DNA of 64,000 nucleotides from Nitrospira sp. (GTDB lineage Bacteria; Nitrospirota; Nitrospiria; Nitrospirales; Nitrospiraceae): contig JADLEJ010000046.1 of assembly GCA_020846195.1 (NCBI GenBank), positions 6,115-70,114 on the forward strand, in the 5' to 3' direction. Position numbers and translations under genes: made by a program. This document shows, in pieces, positions 34,553 to 44,834 of the stretch. How positions within the stretch are numbered: position 1 is the stretch's first letter; each line of letters begins with the position of its first letter. The notes under the pieces are model-generated. The model did no database searches. It saw nothing but the letters and a program-made list of their open reading frames with translations, and had not been told where the DNA came from.

Positions 34553-37009
34553 TTATCGTCCAGGAATTCCACCTGTCGACGCGCCGGACTGCGACCGTCC
34601 GTACGGACCCGTCGGCGAAGCCCATGGCAAGCCGCGCTCGCCCCACAGCAACGGACTGAGTATCGACCGCATCACCTGCGTGCCGAAATTCTCAGTCCAG
34701 CCGATACCGGTCAAGTTCAGCATGAAGTTATACTGCGCCCGATCCGGGAACTGAAGATAGAACAGGCCCAGCGACCAGCATTTGCAGGGGTTTTGATACA
34801 AAGCGACCACATCGTACTCGGGGCTCTTCTTCGTCTTGAGGTCGTAATACCCTTTCGCGCCAATCGTCCATCCCCAGGGAGTCCTGAATCCACCGCCCGC
34901 CGTCGCAAACTGAATCTCCGGCGTCGGCGCATACACTTCATTGAAAGAAATGGGATTCCAGATATCGCCTCGCCGGGCACGATTGCCATCCCGAGAATAC
35001 CGCTGTCCGACCTCAAGATACCAATTGGTCGATTCTTGAATCCGGAGATCCGTGTTCCACTGGCTCAACTCCCCTCGATAGGGATCGAAAAACGCATCGA
35101 CCGTCAGATACTGATTGATCGCCGGGCGTTGCATCCCGGCGCTTCCAGCTCCCCGCCCGAACGCCTGATTCGCCATTTGCGCTTGCGTGAATTGCGGAGC
35201 CGTATTGCCGATGACAGCCCGCATCCACACATCGGAGAATTTTCTCCCTTGAATTGCAACAGTGGCAGGCTGCAACGGCTGCGTGAGAGATCCCAGCGAC
35301 GGCGTCGCGCCAGGCCCAAAGTCGCGGGCTCTCGTTTGGACCGCCCCGGCATGGTAGCTCTGGGCAACGGTTAGATCGAGCCAGTTGAAGGTATTCGTCC
35401 CATCATGCTCCAGCACGCGATTGCGCAGCGCATAGGTCAACAGATTCTTCTTCGGCAGATCGTCGATTTGATCGATCTGCGCAATCTGCGACTGGTCAGT
35501 TCCCGGCACATATTCATACATGACCGTCGGCTCAATGGTATGAAGAAAACTTCCCCCTCCATCCACCCCAAACCTGCGGCTCAACTTCGACGTGGCATCG
35601 ACGCCCGCCCAGAAAGTCTCTCGATGGAGCGACGCGTCGGATTGCGCGCCCCGCGTATAGTAGACCTCGCGGAACTTCGCTTGCGGCGTCAGGCCCACGA
35701 CATGCCCGAGATTGATGACCTCCGTAGAAATCCCCGGCACGACATTCACGCGATTGAGCGTAAACCCCTCTTCGCGATAAAAATTGACGTAGTCGCCTTC
35801 CATCCCAAACAGCAAGGGCGAGTTGAAGAGCGGGACATTCGGCAAGGTATAACCAGTTTCCGGCAACCGCTGAAACGTGTCCTTGCCTCCGAACTGCAAC
35901 GGCTGCATGTATTGCCCGAGGATGTACGCATTCCCGTACGGCAGCCGTTGATTCAACAATACGTTCGATTCATTGCTGGGCAAGGCTCGCTGGGTGCCGG
36001 AGTTGCTCAACTGCTGAAGGTAGTTGGGGTCGGTGACAAAGTTTAAGTTGCCCCGCAACAGCAGCGTGTCAGTAAACTGCTGGGTGTGCGTCCCGGCGAT
36101 CAACGCGCGCGCGCGTTGCACATCGGAGCTGGTCTGATCCACTCCCGTGACATTCGGCAGCGAGGTCTGCTGCAAATAACTCACGTACCACTGCCCCCTG
36201 GATTTCTGATCGATCACATACCGATATTCCAGATCGCTCCCGTACCCGAGCTTGCTGTAGTACGACGGAGCAATGGTCAAATCCTGACTTGGATTGATCG
36301 CCCAGTAGAAGCTGTCCTGAAAATGGGCTCCAAAGCGGCTATCGAAACCCACCTGGGGAACCAGAAATCCGCTCCGCCGGTTCGACAAGGGATAGGTGAT
36401 CGTAGGAAACGGTACGACCGGTACATCCGCGACGCATAGCCACGCTCCTTTTAAGGCCAGTGTGTCTCCGACGTTCAAATCCATATCCTTGAACTTGAAC
36501 CGCCAGGCCGGCACCTCCCCGTCCTGCGCGTCGCAATTGGTAAACTCGCCCTCTTTTACACGATAGTGATATTCGGAAAACCGCTGCAGCAGGCGCCCGC
36601 CCACGAGCGTGTTGGACTGCGGGACATAGAGCTGTCCGTGCGTAATCACGCCCGCCTCGGTATTCACATTGAAGTCCATCCGCTCCGTCGTCACATCGGC
36701 CTGCGGATCGGTTAAATGCACATGCCCCGATGCGCGCACCATACCGGAGAGAGCCTCGATCGTCACATGGTCGGCAGTCAGGCGCATGGCGCCTTGCTGG
36801 ATCACCACAGACCCGTCCGCCTCGTACACATCCTGGTCTTGACGATAATCGATTCGATTGGCGGTCACATCAAGGGGAGGAGATCCGGATACCGACGTGC
36901 CTGGAGCCTCCGACTTGGATTTGCCCCAGACCAAACAGGGAAGACACAGGAGCAGAACGGCCACAAACACACAAAGCCTGTCCGCTGTCCATGCCCGTCT
37001 ACGCACCAT
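34553..37009 (-). CDS. lptD: LPS-assembly protein LptD (OstA)
   Basis: OstA-like N-terminal domain (VTANRIDYRQDQDVYEADGSVVIQQGAMRLTADHV) plus a large beta-barrel. I prefer ATG 37009, 1 nt after the folC stop. The track start, GTG 37042, overlaps folC. Confidence 0.8.
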   Translation of the reverse strand: MVRRRAWTADRLCVFVAVLLLCLPCLVWGKSKSEAPGTSVSGSPPLDVTANRIDYRQDQDVYEADGSVVIQQGAMRLTADHVTIEALSGMVRASGHVHLTDPQADVTTERMDFNVNTEAGVITHGQLYVPQSNTLVGGRLLQRFSEYHYRVKEGEFTNCDAQDGEVPAWRFKFKDMDLNVGDTLALKGAWLCVADVPVVPFPTITYPLSNRRSGFLVPQVGFDSRFGAHFQDSFYWAINPSQDLTIAPSYYSKLGYGSDLEYRYVIDQKSRGQWYVSYLQQTSLPNVTGVDQTSSDVQRARALIAGTHTQQFTDTLLLRGNLNFVTDPNYLQQLSNSGTQRALPSNESNVLLNQRLPYGNAYILGQYMQPLQFGGKDTFQRLPETGYTLPNVPLFNSPLLFGMEGDYVNFYREEGFTLNRVNVVPGISTEVINLGHVVGLTPQAKFREVYYTRGAQSDASLHRETFWAGVDATSKLSRRFGVDGGGSFLHTIEPTVMYEYVPGTDQSQIAQIDQIDDLPKKNLLTYALRNRVLEHDGTNTFNWLDLTVAQSYHAGAVQTRARDFGPGATPSLGSLTQPLQPATVAIQGRKFSDVWMRAVIGNTAPQFTQAQMANQAFGRGAGSAGMQRPAINQYLTVDAFFDPYRGELSQWNTDLRIQESTNWYLEVGQRYSRDGNRARRGDIWNPISFNEVYAPTPEIQFATAGGGFRTPWGWTIGAKGYYDLKTKKSPEYDVVALYQNPCKCWSLGLFYLQFPDRAQYNFMLNLTGIGWTENFGTQVMRSILSPLLWGERGLPWASPTGPYGRSQSGASTGGIPGR

Positions 37010-37010
37010 G

Positions 37011-38306
37011 CTAACCCCTGAGCGGAGACAAGCCACAGCCACGGACCAACGCTTTGACCTCGCCCACCAGCATGAGCGATCCGGTCACACAGATGAGATC
37101 GCGCGCAGCCGCCCGCGCTTTTGCCAATACCAGCGCATCCGCCGAAGACGGGACGACATGATGCCGAGGGAACCGGGCTCCGACAGCCTCTCGCAGTTCC
37201 TGCGCCGGCATCGAACGCGCCATATCCGCCTGCGTCAGCACGACCTCGGAAACCAGCTGAAGCAGCGGTTCGACAAAACGCGCATGATCCTTATCGCGCA
37301 TCATGCCCAGAACGAGAGTCACCCGGGACTCCGGCCGCGTCGCGCGCCACTCCGTCAAATATTCGGCCAGCACCTGGGCCGCAGCTGGATTATGGGCTCC
37401 GTCAAGCAAGAGAACCGGCTCTCGCTCCACCACTTCCAACCGCCCTTCCCACGACACCGACTCCAACCCCCGGCGCACCGCCGACTCATCCACCGATAGC
37501 CCGCACTCTTCAGCCGCATCGAGCAACGCCACAGCACAAGCTGCGTTATCCAGCTGGTGCTGTCCGATAAGCGCACAGGTCAATCCGTCGAGCTGCCTTG
37601 CGCGCCCGCGATAGGAAAACTCGTTCGGTCCCGTACCGGCCGTATAAAAATCCTCGCCCAATCGTGTGAGCGAAGCCCCGCGATCCGCCGCTATTCTCCG
37701 AATCACGTCCCACGCCGGCCCGTCGATGCGCCCCACCGCAACCGGGACACCGGCCTTGATAATCCCGGCCTTCTCAAACGCAATCGCGGCCTCAGTCCCA
37801 CCGAGATGTTCCTGATGGTCCAGCGCAATCGTCGTAATCGCGCAAGCCGACGGGTCCACCACATTCGTCGCATCGAACCGTCCACCCAACCCGACTTCCA
37901 ACACCGCCACATCGACTCCGGATTCGGCAAAATGGAGAAACGCCATCGCCGTCGTCAGCTCAAAGAACGTCGGCGTCAGACCAGGCGGCACGGCCGCCTG
38001 AAGCCGCTCGGTCAGCTCCGACACCTGCGCTTCAGCGATCATGACCTGGTCGATCCGGATCCGTTCGCGGAAATCGACGAGATGCGGCGACGTGTACAAC
38101 CCCACGCGATATCCAGCCGCCTGCAGCATGGCCGCCGTCATGGCCGCCGTCGATCCTTTGCCGTTTGTGCCGCCGATGTGCAGACTTTTGAACCGCCGCT
38201 CGGGATGGCCCAGCCGGCTCAAGAGCATCTGCATGGTTTCGAGGCCCAGCTTGATGCCGTGCTTCTGAAGTCCGTAGAGATACTCGATGGCGGATGAATA
38301 CGTCAT
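37011..38306 (-). CDS. folC: bifunctional folylpolyglutamate synthase / dihydrofolate synthase
   Basis: Mur-ligase P-loop HIGGTNGKGST. Typical FolC N-terminus YSSAIEYLYGLQKHGIKLGL. Confidence 0.9.
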   Translation of the reverse strand: MTYSSAIEYLYGLQKHGIKLGLETMQMLLSRLGHPERRFKSLHIGGTNGKGSTAAMTAAMLQAAGYRVGLYTSPHLVDFRERIRIDQVMIAEAQVSELTERLQAAVPPGLTPTFFELTTAMAFLHFAESGVDVAVLEVGLGGRFDATNVVDPSACAITTIALDHQEHLGGTEAAIAFEKAGIIKAGVPVAVGRIDGPAWDVIRRIAADRGASLTRLGEDFYTAGTGPNEFSYRGRARQLDGLTCALIGQHQLDNAACAVALLDAAEECGLSVDESAVRRGLESVSWEGRLEVVEREPVLLLDGAHNPAAAQVLAEYLTEWRATRPESRVTLVLGMMRDKDHARFVEPLLQLVSEVVLTQADMARSMPAQELREAVGARFPRHHVVPSSADALVLAKARAAARDLICVTGSLMLVGEVKALVRGCGLSPLRG

Positions 38307-38333
38307 GAACTGGGCCAGGCAGGATGCACTGCA

Positions 38334-39170
38334 CTAGAAATGCGCGACGAGAGTACTGAGCGTTTCTTTCAATTGCTTGCGCTCGACGATCATATCGATC
38401 ATCCCATGTTCGAGGAGAAATTCCGCCCGTTGAAACTGATCGGGCAGTTGTTGCTTGATCGTCTGTTCGATCACGCGGGGGCCGGCAAACCCGATCAGGG
38501 CCTTCGGCTCGGCAATGATGACATCGCCCAGCATCGCAATGCTGGCCGTCACCCCTCCAAATGTTGGATCGGCCAGGATGGAAATAAACGGCACCTTGGC
38601 CTCACCCAGCTTCGCCACGGCGGTCGACGTTTTGGCCATCTGCATCAAGGAGAGAATGCCTTCCTGCATGCGGGCGCCGCCCGAGGCTGTCACTAAAACC
38701 ACGGGGAGCTTCTTCTCCAGCGCGCGATCGACCGCCCGGCAAAACTTTTCTCCGACGACCGATCCCATGCTTCCGCCCATAAAACTGAAGTCGAACACGC
38801 AGAAGACGACCGGCTGCCCCTCGACCAGCCCTTCGCCGATCATCAACGCATCCTTGCGCCCGGTTTTTTCCTGCTGCGCCTTCACCCGGTCTTTATAGGA
38901 CTTTGTATCCTGGAAATTCAGCGGGTCCTTCGCTTCCAGCTCCGGGTCCCACTCCTTGAACGTCCCGAGATCGACCAGCAGCGCAATGCGCTCCATGACA
39001 GAGATGGGAAAATGATAGTCGCACTTCGGACAGACCTTGTTGTTTCGATCGACTTCCTTGCGATAGACGATTTCCCGGCAGTGGTTGCACTTGAGCCACA
39101 TGCCCTCGGCCCCCTTGGACCGCGGCGGCACTTCGGAGACAGTCGTTTTCTGTTTTTTAAACCAAGCCAT
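38334..39170 (-). CDS. accD: acetyl-CoA carboxylase carboxyltransferase beta subunit
   Basis: Zinc ribbon [26 protein letters not shown]. Carboxyltransferase core [15 protein letters not shown]. Confidence 0.95.
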   Translation of the reverse strand: MAWFKKQKTTVSEVPPRSKGAEGMWLKCNHCREIVYRKEVDRNNKVCPKCDYHFPISVMERIALLVDLGTFKEWDPELEAKDPLNFQDTKSYKDRVKAQQEKTGRKDALMIGEGLVEGQPVVFCVFDFSFMGGSMGSVVGEKFCRAVDRALEKKLPVVLVTASGGARMQEGILSLMQMAKTSTAVAKLGEAKVPFISILADPTFGGVTASIAMLGDVIIAEPKALIGFAGPRVIEQTIKQQLPDQFQRAEFLLEHGMIDMIVERKQLKETLSTLVAHF

Positions 39171-39352
39171 AGTCGCATCCCCTTGCTCAGACCATTACTT
39201 CCGAACATCCGCGCGAGGCGTGCATCGCGCGGGATTGCAGACTACCATAGCCATCGAAACGATTCACGTGCCATTCGTTGGGAGAGGCTTCAGAAGAAGC
39301 GAGAGCTAGCAGTCCATTGAGAAATAATGCACTCACAATCCCGGAACCGCAT

Positions 39353-39477
39353 GCAGGCTGTTCAGAAAGGCCGTCCAGCAAGGCCGCAGCAAGCGAAGAG
39401 GCGAATCGTACTCTCGCTGTACGGTGAGCCTCTGAGCGACGCGAGAACGCTGCTGGCGGACTTTATCAACAGCCTGC
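39353..39477. repeat. 125-bp imperfect-palindrome element (family 1, copy 2)
   Basis: Same length and termini as 11446..11570 (GCAGGCTGTTCAGAAAG ... CTTTATCAACAGCCTGC). Its last base is shared with the complement of the TAG stop of the minus-strand transporter gene. Confidence 0.75.
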
Positions 39478-40184
39478 TAGAGGCCATCTGGAGAGAGCAC
39501 CAATCGATACAACATCCACAATCCAAGCCCGACACTCCCCAGGCTCGCAATACCCTGCACCGCAAAAAACGCGCGCTGCCCGAGAGACCGCGAGTAGATG
39601 ACCGGCACGCTCAAGGTCAGCCCGATCATCAGCATGCCGCCGATTGAACCGAGACCGAACACCGCAATGTAGAGCAGCCCCTGGCCGACGCCGCTGGTAT
39701 TCGACACGATCACCAACATCAACGCCGCGGATCCGGCCACGCCGTGCGCCATTCCGATCAGAAGCGGACGGAGCGACTGCCTTGCCCAGTGCGGATGCGC
39801 GTGATCCTCACGCCGTTGATGACTGTGCAAATGCACATGCGGCTCACCATCATGGACATGGCGATGCAGATGCCAGCGCTCACGGAATAGCTTGAACGCC
39901 AGCGTGCCGCCGAGCACGACGAGCAGAAGGCCCACGCCGCTTTCAGCCAGCAACGCAAACGGTTCCGGAATATGAATCCCCGACACCAACACCACGGCGC
40001 CGACCAGCATCAACGTGAGAGTATGCCCTACTCCCCACCAGAGCCCCACCAGGCCAGAGGCCCGCACAGAGGGACGTTCAGCAAGAACGGTGGACACCGC
40101 GGCTAAATGATCGGCATCGAGCGCGTGGCGCAGGCCGAGTACAAATCCGACCGTGAGAAAGGTGAGGAGGTTCGATTCAAGCAT
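39477..40184 (-). CDS. NicO/RcnA-type nickel/cobalt transporter with His-rich loop
   Basis: ORF 39477..40370 trimmed to the Met at 40184. Signature LRHALDADH. Loop HLHRHVHDGEPHVHLHSHQRREDHAHPH. Confidence 0.75.
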   Translation of the reverse strand: MLESNLLTFLTVGFVLGLRHALDADHLAAVSTVLAERPSVRASGLVGLWWGVGHTLTLMLVGAVVLVSGIHIPEPFALLAESGVGLLLVVLGGTLAFKLFRERWHLHRHVHDGEPHVHLHSHQRREDHAHPHWARQSLRPLLIGMAHGVAGSAALMLVIVSNTSGVGQGLLYIAVFGLGSIGGMLMIGLTLSVPVIYSRSLGQRAFFAVQGIASLGSVGLGLWMLYRLVLSPDGL

Positions 40185-40234
40185 GAAACTCTTTACCGGC
40201 GAGGGATGCGGACATCGGTTGTGCAGGCTGACGA

Positions 40235-41299
40235 TCACCCGCCACGGGCATGCATTTCCAAATGCGGATCGCCACGGAGCTGATCGATCCCGATCAGCTT
40301 GCCATTGCGCAATCCAACCTGCTCCAGCGCCTTGCGCGATTCGGCGCCCCGGTCGCGCCGGCCTTGCCATCCCCCACTGATTAACTCGCGCATCCGGTCA
40401 GGGCTGGCGCCGGCTCGCATGGGCTGGCGAAGGTCGGTTCCTTTCGGCGCATACAGGCACAGATACCACATGCCGTCGGCAGTCACACGGCTCCGGTCGC
40501 AGGTCGCACAGAAGGGCTGCGTCGTCGAAGCGATGACGCCGAACGTCGTTCCATCCGGCAAGAGAAACCGTTGAGCCGGCGCCGTCCCGCGCCCAGGCAA
40601 CGGGACAATCGGACCATAGTGCTGCGTCAAGGCTTCCAAGATCGCCGCCTGCGACAACACCTTCGCCATGGCCCAATCGTTCGCGCCGCCGACATCCATG
40701 TATTCAATGAACCGCACTTCCGCCCGATAGTGCTTGGCAAACTCAATCAGCGCGACCAACTCATCGTCGTTGAATCCGCGAATCGCCACCGTGTCGAGCT
40801 TCAGCCCCGTGAACCCCGCTCGTCCAACCGATTCAATTCCTTCAATGACCCGCGCGAACTCATCCCGCCGCGTCAGTTGCCGGAAACGCTCAGGACGCAG
40901 CGTATCCAAGCTAACCGTGACACGATGCAGCCCGGCTTCATACAACTCCTGCGCATTATCTGCGAGCAGAATGCCGTTCGTGGTGAGTGCAATTTCAGTA
41001 ATCCGCCGGTCTTGCAGCAGCAGACGGACCAGACGGGACAAATCGCGGCGCAACAGGGGCTCGCCACCGGTCAGTCGAACCTTATCGACGCCCAAGTCGG
41101 CAAAATACCCGGTGAGCGTCGCCATCTCCTCGAAGCTCAAGACATCTTCGCGCGGCAGCCAGACATAGTCCTCTTCCGGCATGCAGTACTGGCAGCGCAG
41201 GTTGCAGCGATCCGTGACGGAAAGCCGCAGACTGCCCAGCGGGCGGCCATGCGTATCAAACACCTTGGAAGGAGAAAAGCTGTCAGGCAATTGGGACAT
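40235..41299 (-). CDS. moaA: GTP 3',8-cyclase MoaA (radical SAM)
   Basis: CNLRCQYCMPEE radical-SAM cluster. C-terminal CATCDRSRVTADG cluster. Confidence 0.95.
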   Translation of the reverse strand: MSQLPDSFSPSKVFDTHGRPLGSLRLSVTDRCNLRCQYCMPEEDYVWLPREDVLSFEEMATLTGYFADLGVDKVRLTGGEPLLRRDLSRLVRLLLQDRRITEIALTTNGILLADNAQELYEAGLHRVTVSLDTLRPERFRQLTRRDEFARVIEGIESVGRAGFTGLKLDTVAIRGFNDDELVALIEFAKHYRAEVRFIEYMDVGGANDWAMAKVLSQAAILEALTQHYGPIVPLPGRGTAPAQRFLLPDGTTFGVIASTTQPFCATCDRSRVTADGMWYLCLYAPKGTDLRQPMRAGASPDRMRELISGGWQGRRDRGAESRKALEQVGLRNGKLIGIDQLRGDPHLEMHARGG

Positions 41300-41331
41300 G
41301 CGTGTTACTCATCCCTGTTACGCACGAGAGA

Positions 41332-41772
41332 CTATGGATGCTCTTCCACCCACACTTCACCTTCGGGAGTATGTTCTAGCTTCCAAATGGGCGTGATCTG
41401 CTTCAGCTCATCGATCGCCCACTTACAGGCGCGGAATGCCTCGGCCCGATGCTCGGCCCCGGCAATAATCAACACAATGTTTTCGCCGATAGTAATTTCG
41501 CCGTAGCGATGGATAATCAACAGCTCAAGAATGTCGAAGTCTTTCAATCCCCGTTCACGGATCTCGCGCAGCTTCTTCTCCGCCATCCCCTCGTAATGTT
41601 CGAAGGTGATGCTGTCGACATCCCGCCCTTTGGAGCGATCCCGGGCGATCCCTAGAAAAGTCGCGATCCCTCCGATCCGCTTCGACCGGCTCTTGACCCG
41701 GTCTAGCTCCCGATCGATGGAGAAATTCTCGCGCTGCACCCGAACAAGCTGACTCTCGTCTATCGGTTCCAT
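41332..41772 (-). CDS. moaE: molybdopterin synthase catalytic subunit MoaE
   Basis: IIHRYGEITIGENIVLIIAGAEHRAEAFRACKWAIDELKQITPIWK, the MoaE pattern. Confidence 0.85.
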   Translation of the reverse strand: MEPIDESQLVRVQRENFSIDRELDRVKSRSKRIGGIATFLGIARDRSKGRDVDSITFEHYEGMAEKKLREIRERGLKDFDILELLIIHRYGEITIGENIVLIIAGAEHRAEAFRACKWAIDELKQITPIWKLEHTPEGEVWVEEHP

Positions 41773-41774
41773 AT

Positions 41775-42026
41775 CTAACCACCCGCAAAAGGAGGCAACA
41801 GAGCGATCTCGTCGCCGTCCCGAATTTCCGTTTCCTCGTGGGCAATCTCCTGATTGACCGACACCAGGACTTTCTTCTTATGGATGAGCTCCCCGATCTG
41901 CGGATACCCGCCATCAAGAAGCTCAACCAAATCTTTCACCCGCCGCCCATTCGGCAATGCCAGAGAGAGAGAGCCCTGATTCCCCGCCAGCATCTTCGTC
42001 ATGCCGAATAGCTTAATCGTGACCAT
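41775..42026 (-). CDS. moaD: MoaD/ThiS-family sulfur carrier
   Basis: 83 aa ending in GG (LLPPFAGG). Lies between moaC and moaE. Confidence 0.75.
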   Translation of the reverse strand: MVTIKLFGMTKMLAGNQGSLSLALPNGRRVKDLVELLDGGYPQIGELIHKKKVLVSVNQEIAHEETEIRDGDEIALLPPFAGG

Positions 42027-42032
42027 ACTATT

Positions 42033-42536
42033 TCAGCCAGGCCTCGTATAGGTTCCCGACTTGCCACCAGACTTCGAAAGCAAACATACATCGCTGAAGC
42101 TCATCCCGCGATCGATCGCCTTGCACATGTCATAGATAGTGAGCGCCGCCACAGAAGCTGCCGTCATCGCTTCCATCTCCACGCCGGTCTGTCCCGTGGT
42201 CTTAACCGTCGCGTAAATGTGGATGGCACAGAGGCCTGCTTGATTCGATTGAGATTCTTCTTTGAAGGAGATATCGACGCTAGTGATCAAGAGAGGATGG
42301 CACATGGGAATAAGGTCCGGGGTCTTCTTCGCCCCCATCACCCCGGCAACCTGGGCTACGGCCAAAACATCGCCCTTGGCGATCTTGCCGCGCTGAATCT
42401 TCTCCAGCGTGGCAGGCAGCATCCAAACGGTGGCCTGCGCAGTCCCGACCCGTTCGGTCGAGTCTTTCGCGCTGACATCGACCATCCGCGCCCGGCCCGA
42501 CTCGTTAAAGTGTGTGAACTCAGCCATTTCTCTCAA
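42033..42536 (-). CDS. moaC: cyclic pyranopterin monophosphate synthase MoaC
   Basis: [16 protein letters not shown] ... [29 protein letters not shown] ... [23 protein letters not shown]. Confidence 0.9.
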   Translation of the reverse strand: MREMAEFTHFNESGRARMVDVSAKDSTERVGTAQATVWMLPATLEKIQRGKIAKGDVLAVAQVAGVMGAKKTPDLIPMCHPLLITSVDISFKEESQSNQAGLCAIHIYATVKTTGQTGVEMEAMTAASVAALTIYDMCKAIDRGMSFSDVCLLSKSGGKSGTYTRPG

Positions 42537-42570
42537 TGAATCAGCTGGTTATACATTGCGCCGCCAGGCG

Positions 42571-42600
42571 ATTATAGGTGCCGATGGAAATAGCAGTCAA
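42571..42600 (-). promoter_or_regulatory. sigma-70-like promoter of the moaCDEA operon
   Basis: On the minus strand: TTGACT (42600-42595), 18 nt, TATAAT (42576-42571). This leaves a leader of only about 30 nt before moaC. Confidence 0.45.
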
Positions 42601-42974
42601 TAGAGGAGATTACGAGCAACTGTCTGGAGATTCCCCTGCTCCGAATTGCTCACACACGAAGGAAATCGTCTCGCCTATTACCTCTGCCATAGTCTATCCC
42701 CATGTCCTAAACCGAGACGGACATGGAGGGAACAGCCCAGCTGACCGCCTCTGATTCCAATTGATCAGTCCGAGATATGCTGGAAATTGATCGTCGGATA
42801 GACTGTGGGATTCGCCGTATATTTCGGCAGACGAACCAAGATGAAATCTTGTATACATATTGGTCAAGCACACTAGCTTCCAGTTGAGAGCTTAGACCAC
42901 CGTGCTACGCTGCACGGGTAACCTGCGACAGACCTATATTAGCTAGGCATTACTCATTCCGACAGGAGGCTCAT

Positions 42975-43592
42975 ATGTTTCGTTCGTTTTTGAAAGCCAT
43001 AACTTTATTGGCTGTCGCAAGTATCACCGCTTCTTGCGCAGGTCCGTCCCAGGTACGCGAACCTCAGAATGTACCGCCCGGCAAGCTTTATGCTGGTCCA
43101 ATTATCAATATCACAGCGCCAAATTCAGAAGGATGGCAACTTTTGAAATCCGACTCATCTGGGTTGGCATTCGGACGCCGCGGAAATGCGCCTGACGAAA
43201 GCTTTACTGCACAGGTTGCGACATTTAATCCTCCTCAAACCGATTCGCCAGAGGAATTTGAATCTCTCATGGTCAAAGGTGCCCAATCGGATGCCAACAC
43301 TGAGCGATTCCAAACGAAATCCTTTACGCATAAATTCACTTCTGCTCGCGGCTACCCATGTGTCCAGATGAATAACATTTCCGAAGACACGAAGGCGCAG
43401 AGCGGGCCGAATAAAACAGAGCCCCTCATCATGCAAAACGAGCATCTGTATTGCAGGCATCCGGTTAGAAAAAATATTGGTTTTGTTGTCATTTATTCAC
43501 ACCGAGGCAAAGAGTTGCACCCTGATTTTCAAACCGAAGCGCACTCCTTCATAGAGGGCATTCAAGTCCCGAGTACACCGTCCTCAAAGTAA
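42975..43592 (+). CDS. hypothetical lipoprotein (island gene)
   Basis: Strong RBS AGGAGG. Lipobox ITASCAG. No family recognised. Confidence 0.5.
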   Translation: MFRSFLKAITLLAVASITASCAGPSQVREPQNVPPGKLYAGPIINITAPNSEGWQLLKSDSSGLAFGRRGNAPDESFTAQVATFNPPQTDSPEEFESLMVKGAQSDANTERFQTKSFTHKFTSARGYPCVQMNNISEDTKAQSGPNKTEPLIMQNEHLYCRHPVRKNIGFVVIYSHRGKELHPDFQTEAHSFIEGIQVPSTPSSK

Positions 43593-43745
43593 TGATCCGG
43601 AACCAGTGACATTGTGGGTTTCCAGAAACATGAATTGCTTGGAAGCCAACCGCAAATCGGAATATCCCCATTTCATGGCTTGTTCTACAGGCGCTCCCGC
43701 GCCGACTCGGTATCGAAGAGGTCTTGGGCAGCATAGGAGTGTGAA

Positions 43746-44324
43746 ATGCCTCCGCAATTGCCACCACAGGCTTTGCATGAGCGCTGGATCAAAAAACTCA
43801 AGACGAAGCCGTTCGTCGCAGTCATTCTTGCAATGACTGCGTTCATCATTGGTCTTGGGCAGGGGGCCGGTGCGATTAAGACGATTTTGGAGGTGCTCCA
43901 GCAGATCGTGCCAACAAGCAACACCGAGCGGCTCGACAAGGAGATCGCATTTCGTCTACGGAGTGTCCCTGACACTCTTAAGCGCTCCCGCGCTGCTAGC
44001 AATCCGGTCGCCAAAGCAAATCTATTGAATGGGGTATTCGAGTTAGCCGAACAAAACCGGGAATCATCACTCTTTCCTGAATTCAGCAAGAGGTCAGTAC
44101 TCTCGCTCTGCGACGATTTGGTTGCACAATCATCTTTGACCAGTCGCAACAGCACGCTAACTACTTATCATCTTCTTCAGGGGTGGGCGAAGGATGCACA
44201 AGAGAAATACCTTGTATTCAACATGTACAAGATGAGTCCACCTGAGCTAGAGAGAGCACAAAGCGCAGCTGAGAAACTCTATGAAGCGGTAATACAATCG
44301 CATCCTGCATGGCATGTTCCATAG
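43746..44324 (+). CDS. hypothetical membrane-anchored protein (island gene)
   Basis: One N-terminal TM helix (FVAVILAMTAFIIGLG). The rest is helical with no recognised family. Confidence 0.4.
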   Translation: MPPQLPPQALHERWIKKLKTKPFVAVILAMTAFIIGLGQGAGAIKTILEVLQQIVPTSNTERLDKEIAFRLRSVPDTLKRSRAASNPVAKANLLNGVFELAEQNRESSLFPEFSKRSVLSLCDDLVAQSSLTSRNSTLTTYHLLQGWAKDAQEKYLVFNMYKMSPPELERAQSAAEKLYEAVIQSHPAWHVP

Positions 44325-44413
44325 CAAGCTATACTGCCGCGTACCCCTTCGTTGCACCCGCCTGCTACAGCGAGCGGGTGCAGTCAAACGTTCGACGCCA
44401 TGAGGGGAATAAC

Positions 44414-44782
44414 ATGCCCAATCTCAACGTCACTGAAATCAAAGCTTTCGTTCCCTCCAAAGACTTCGAGCTGTCAAAGCAGTTCTATAAGGATCTTGGT
44501 TTCACCATGGCGTCTGAAGGTGGCGGCATTGCCTACTTTCACTTTGACCATGTGAGCTTCTTGCTACAAGACTTCTGCGCAGAGTCATTCGCAGAAAACT
44601 TCATGATGCATATCCTGGTCGAGGATGTTCAATCATGGTGGGATCACGTTCAAGAGAGTGGCATTCTGGCAAAATACGGCACGCGAGTCACTACCCTAGA
44701 ATATCAGCCGTGGAAAATGCGAGACTTCTGTCTTTACGATCCGTCTGGTGTGCTGTGGCGTATTGGTCAAAACATTGATTGA
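44414..44782 (+). CDS. VOC-family (glyoxalase/bleomycin-resistance fold) protein
   Basis: ORF 44309..44782 trimmed to ATG 44414. 122 aa with the beta-alpha-beta-beta-beta module pattern, ending DPSGVLWRIGQ. Confidence 0.65.
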   Translation: MPNLNVTEIKAFVPSKDFELSKQFYKDLGFTMASEGGGIAYFHFDHVSFLLQDFCAESFAENFMMHILVEDVQSWWDHVQESGILAKYGTRVTTLEYQPWKMRDFCLYDPSGVLWRIGQNID

Positions 44783-44834
44783 AAAACAGGAGATGGAGGT
44801 CAGCTCTTGACCTCGCACTTCATCAAGGATTGAT

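Noticed and set aside
42537-42720. Moco riboswitch upstream of moaC
   Set aside because: A good TTGACT-N18-TATAAT promoter on the minus strand (42600-42571) leaves only about a 30-nt leader, too short for the ~130-nt Moco RNA motif. The hairpin CCATGTCC...GGACATGG near 42700 lies upstream of that promoter. A covariance-model scan (Rfam RF01055) would settle it.
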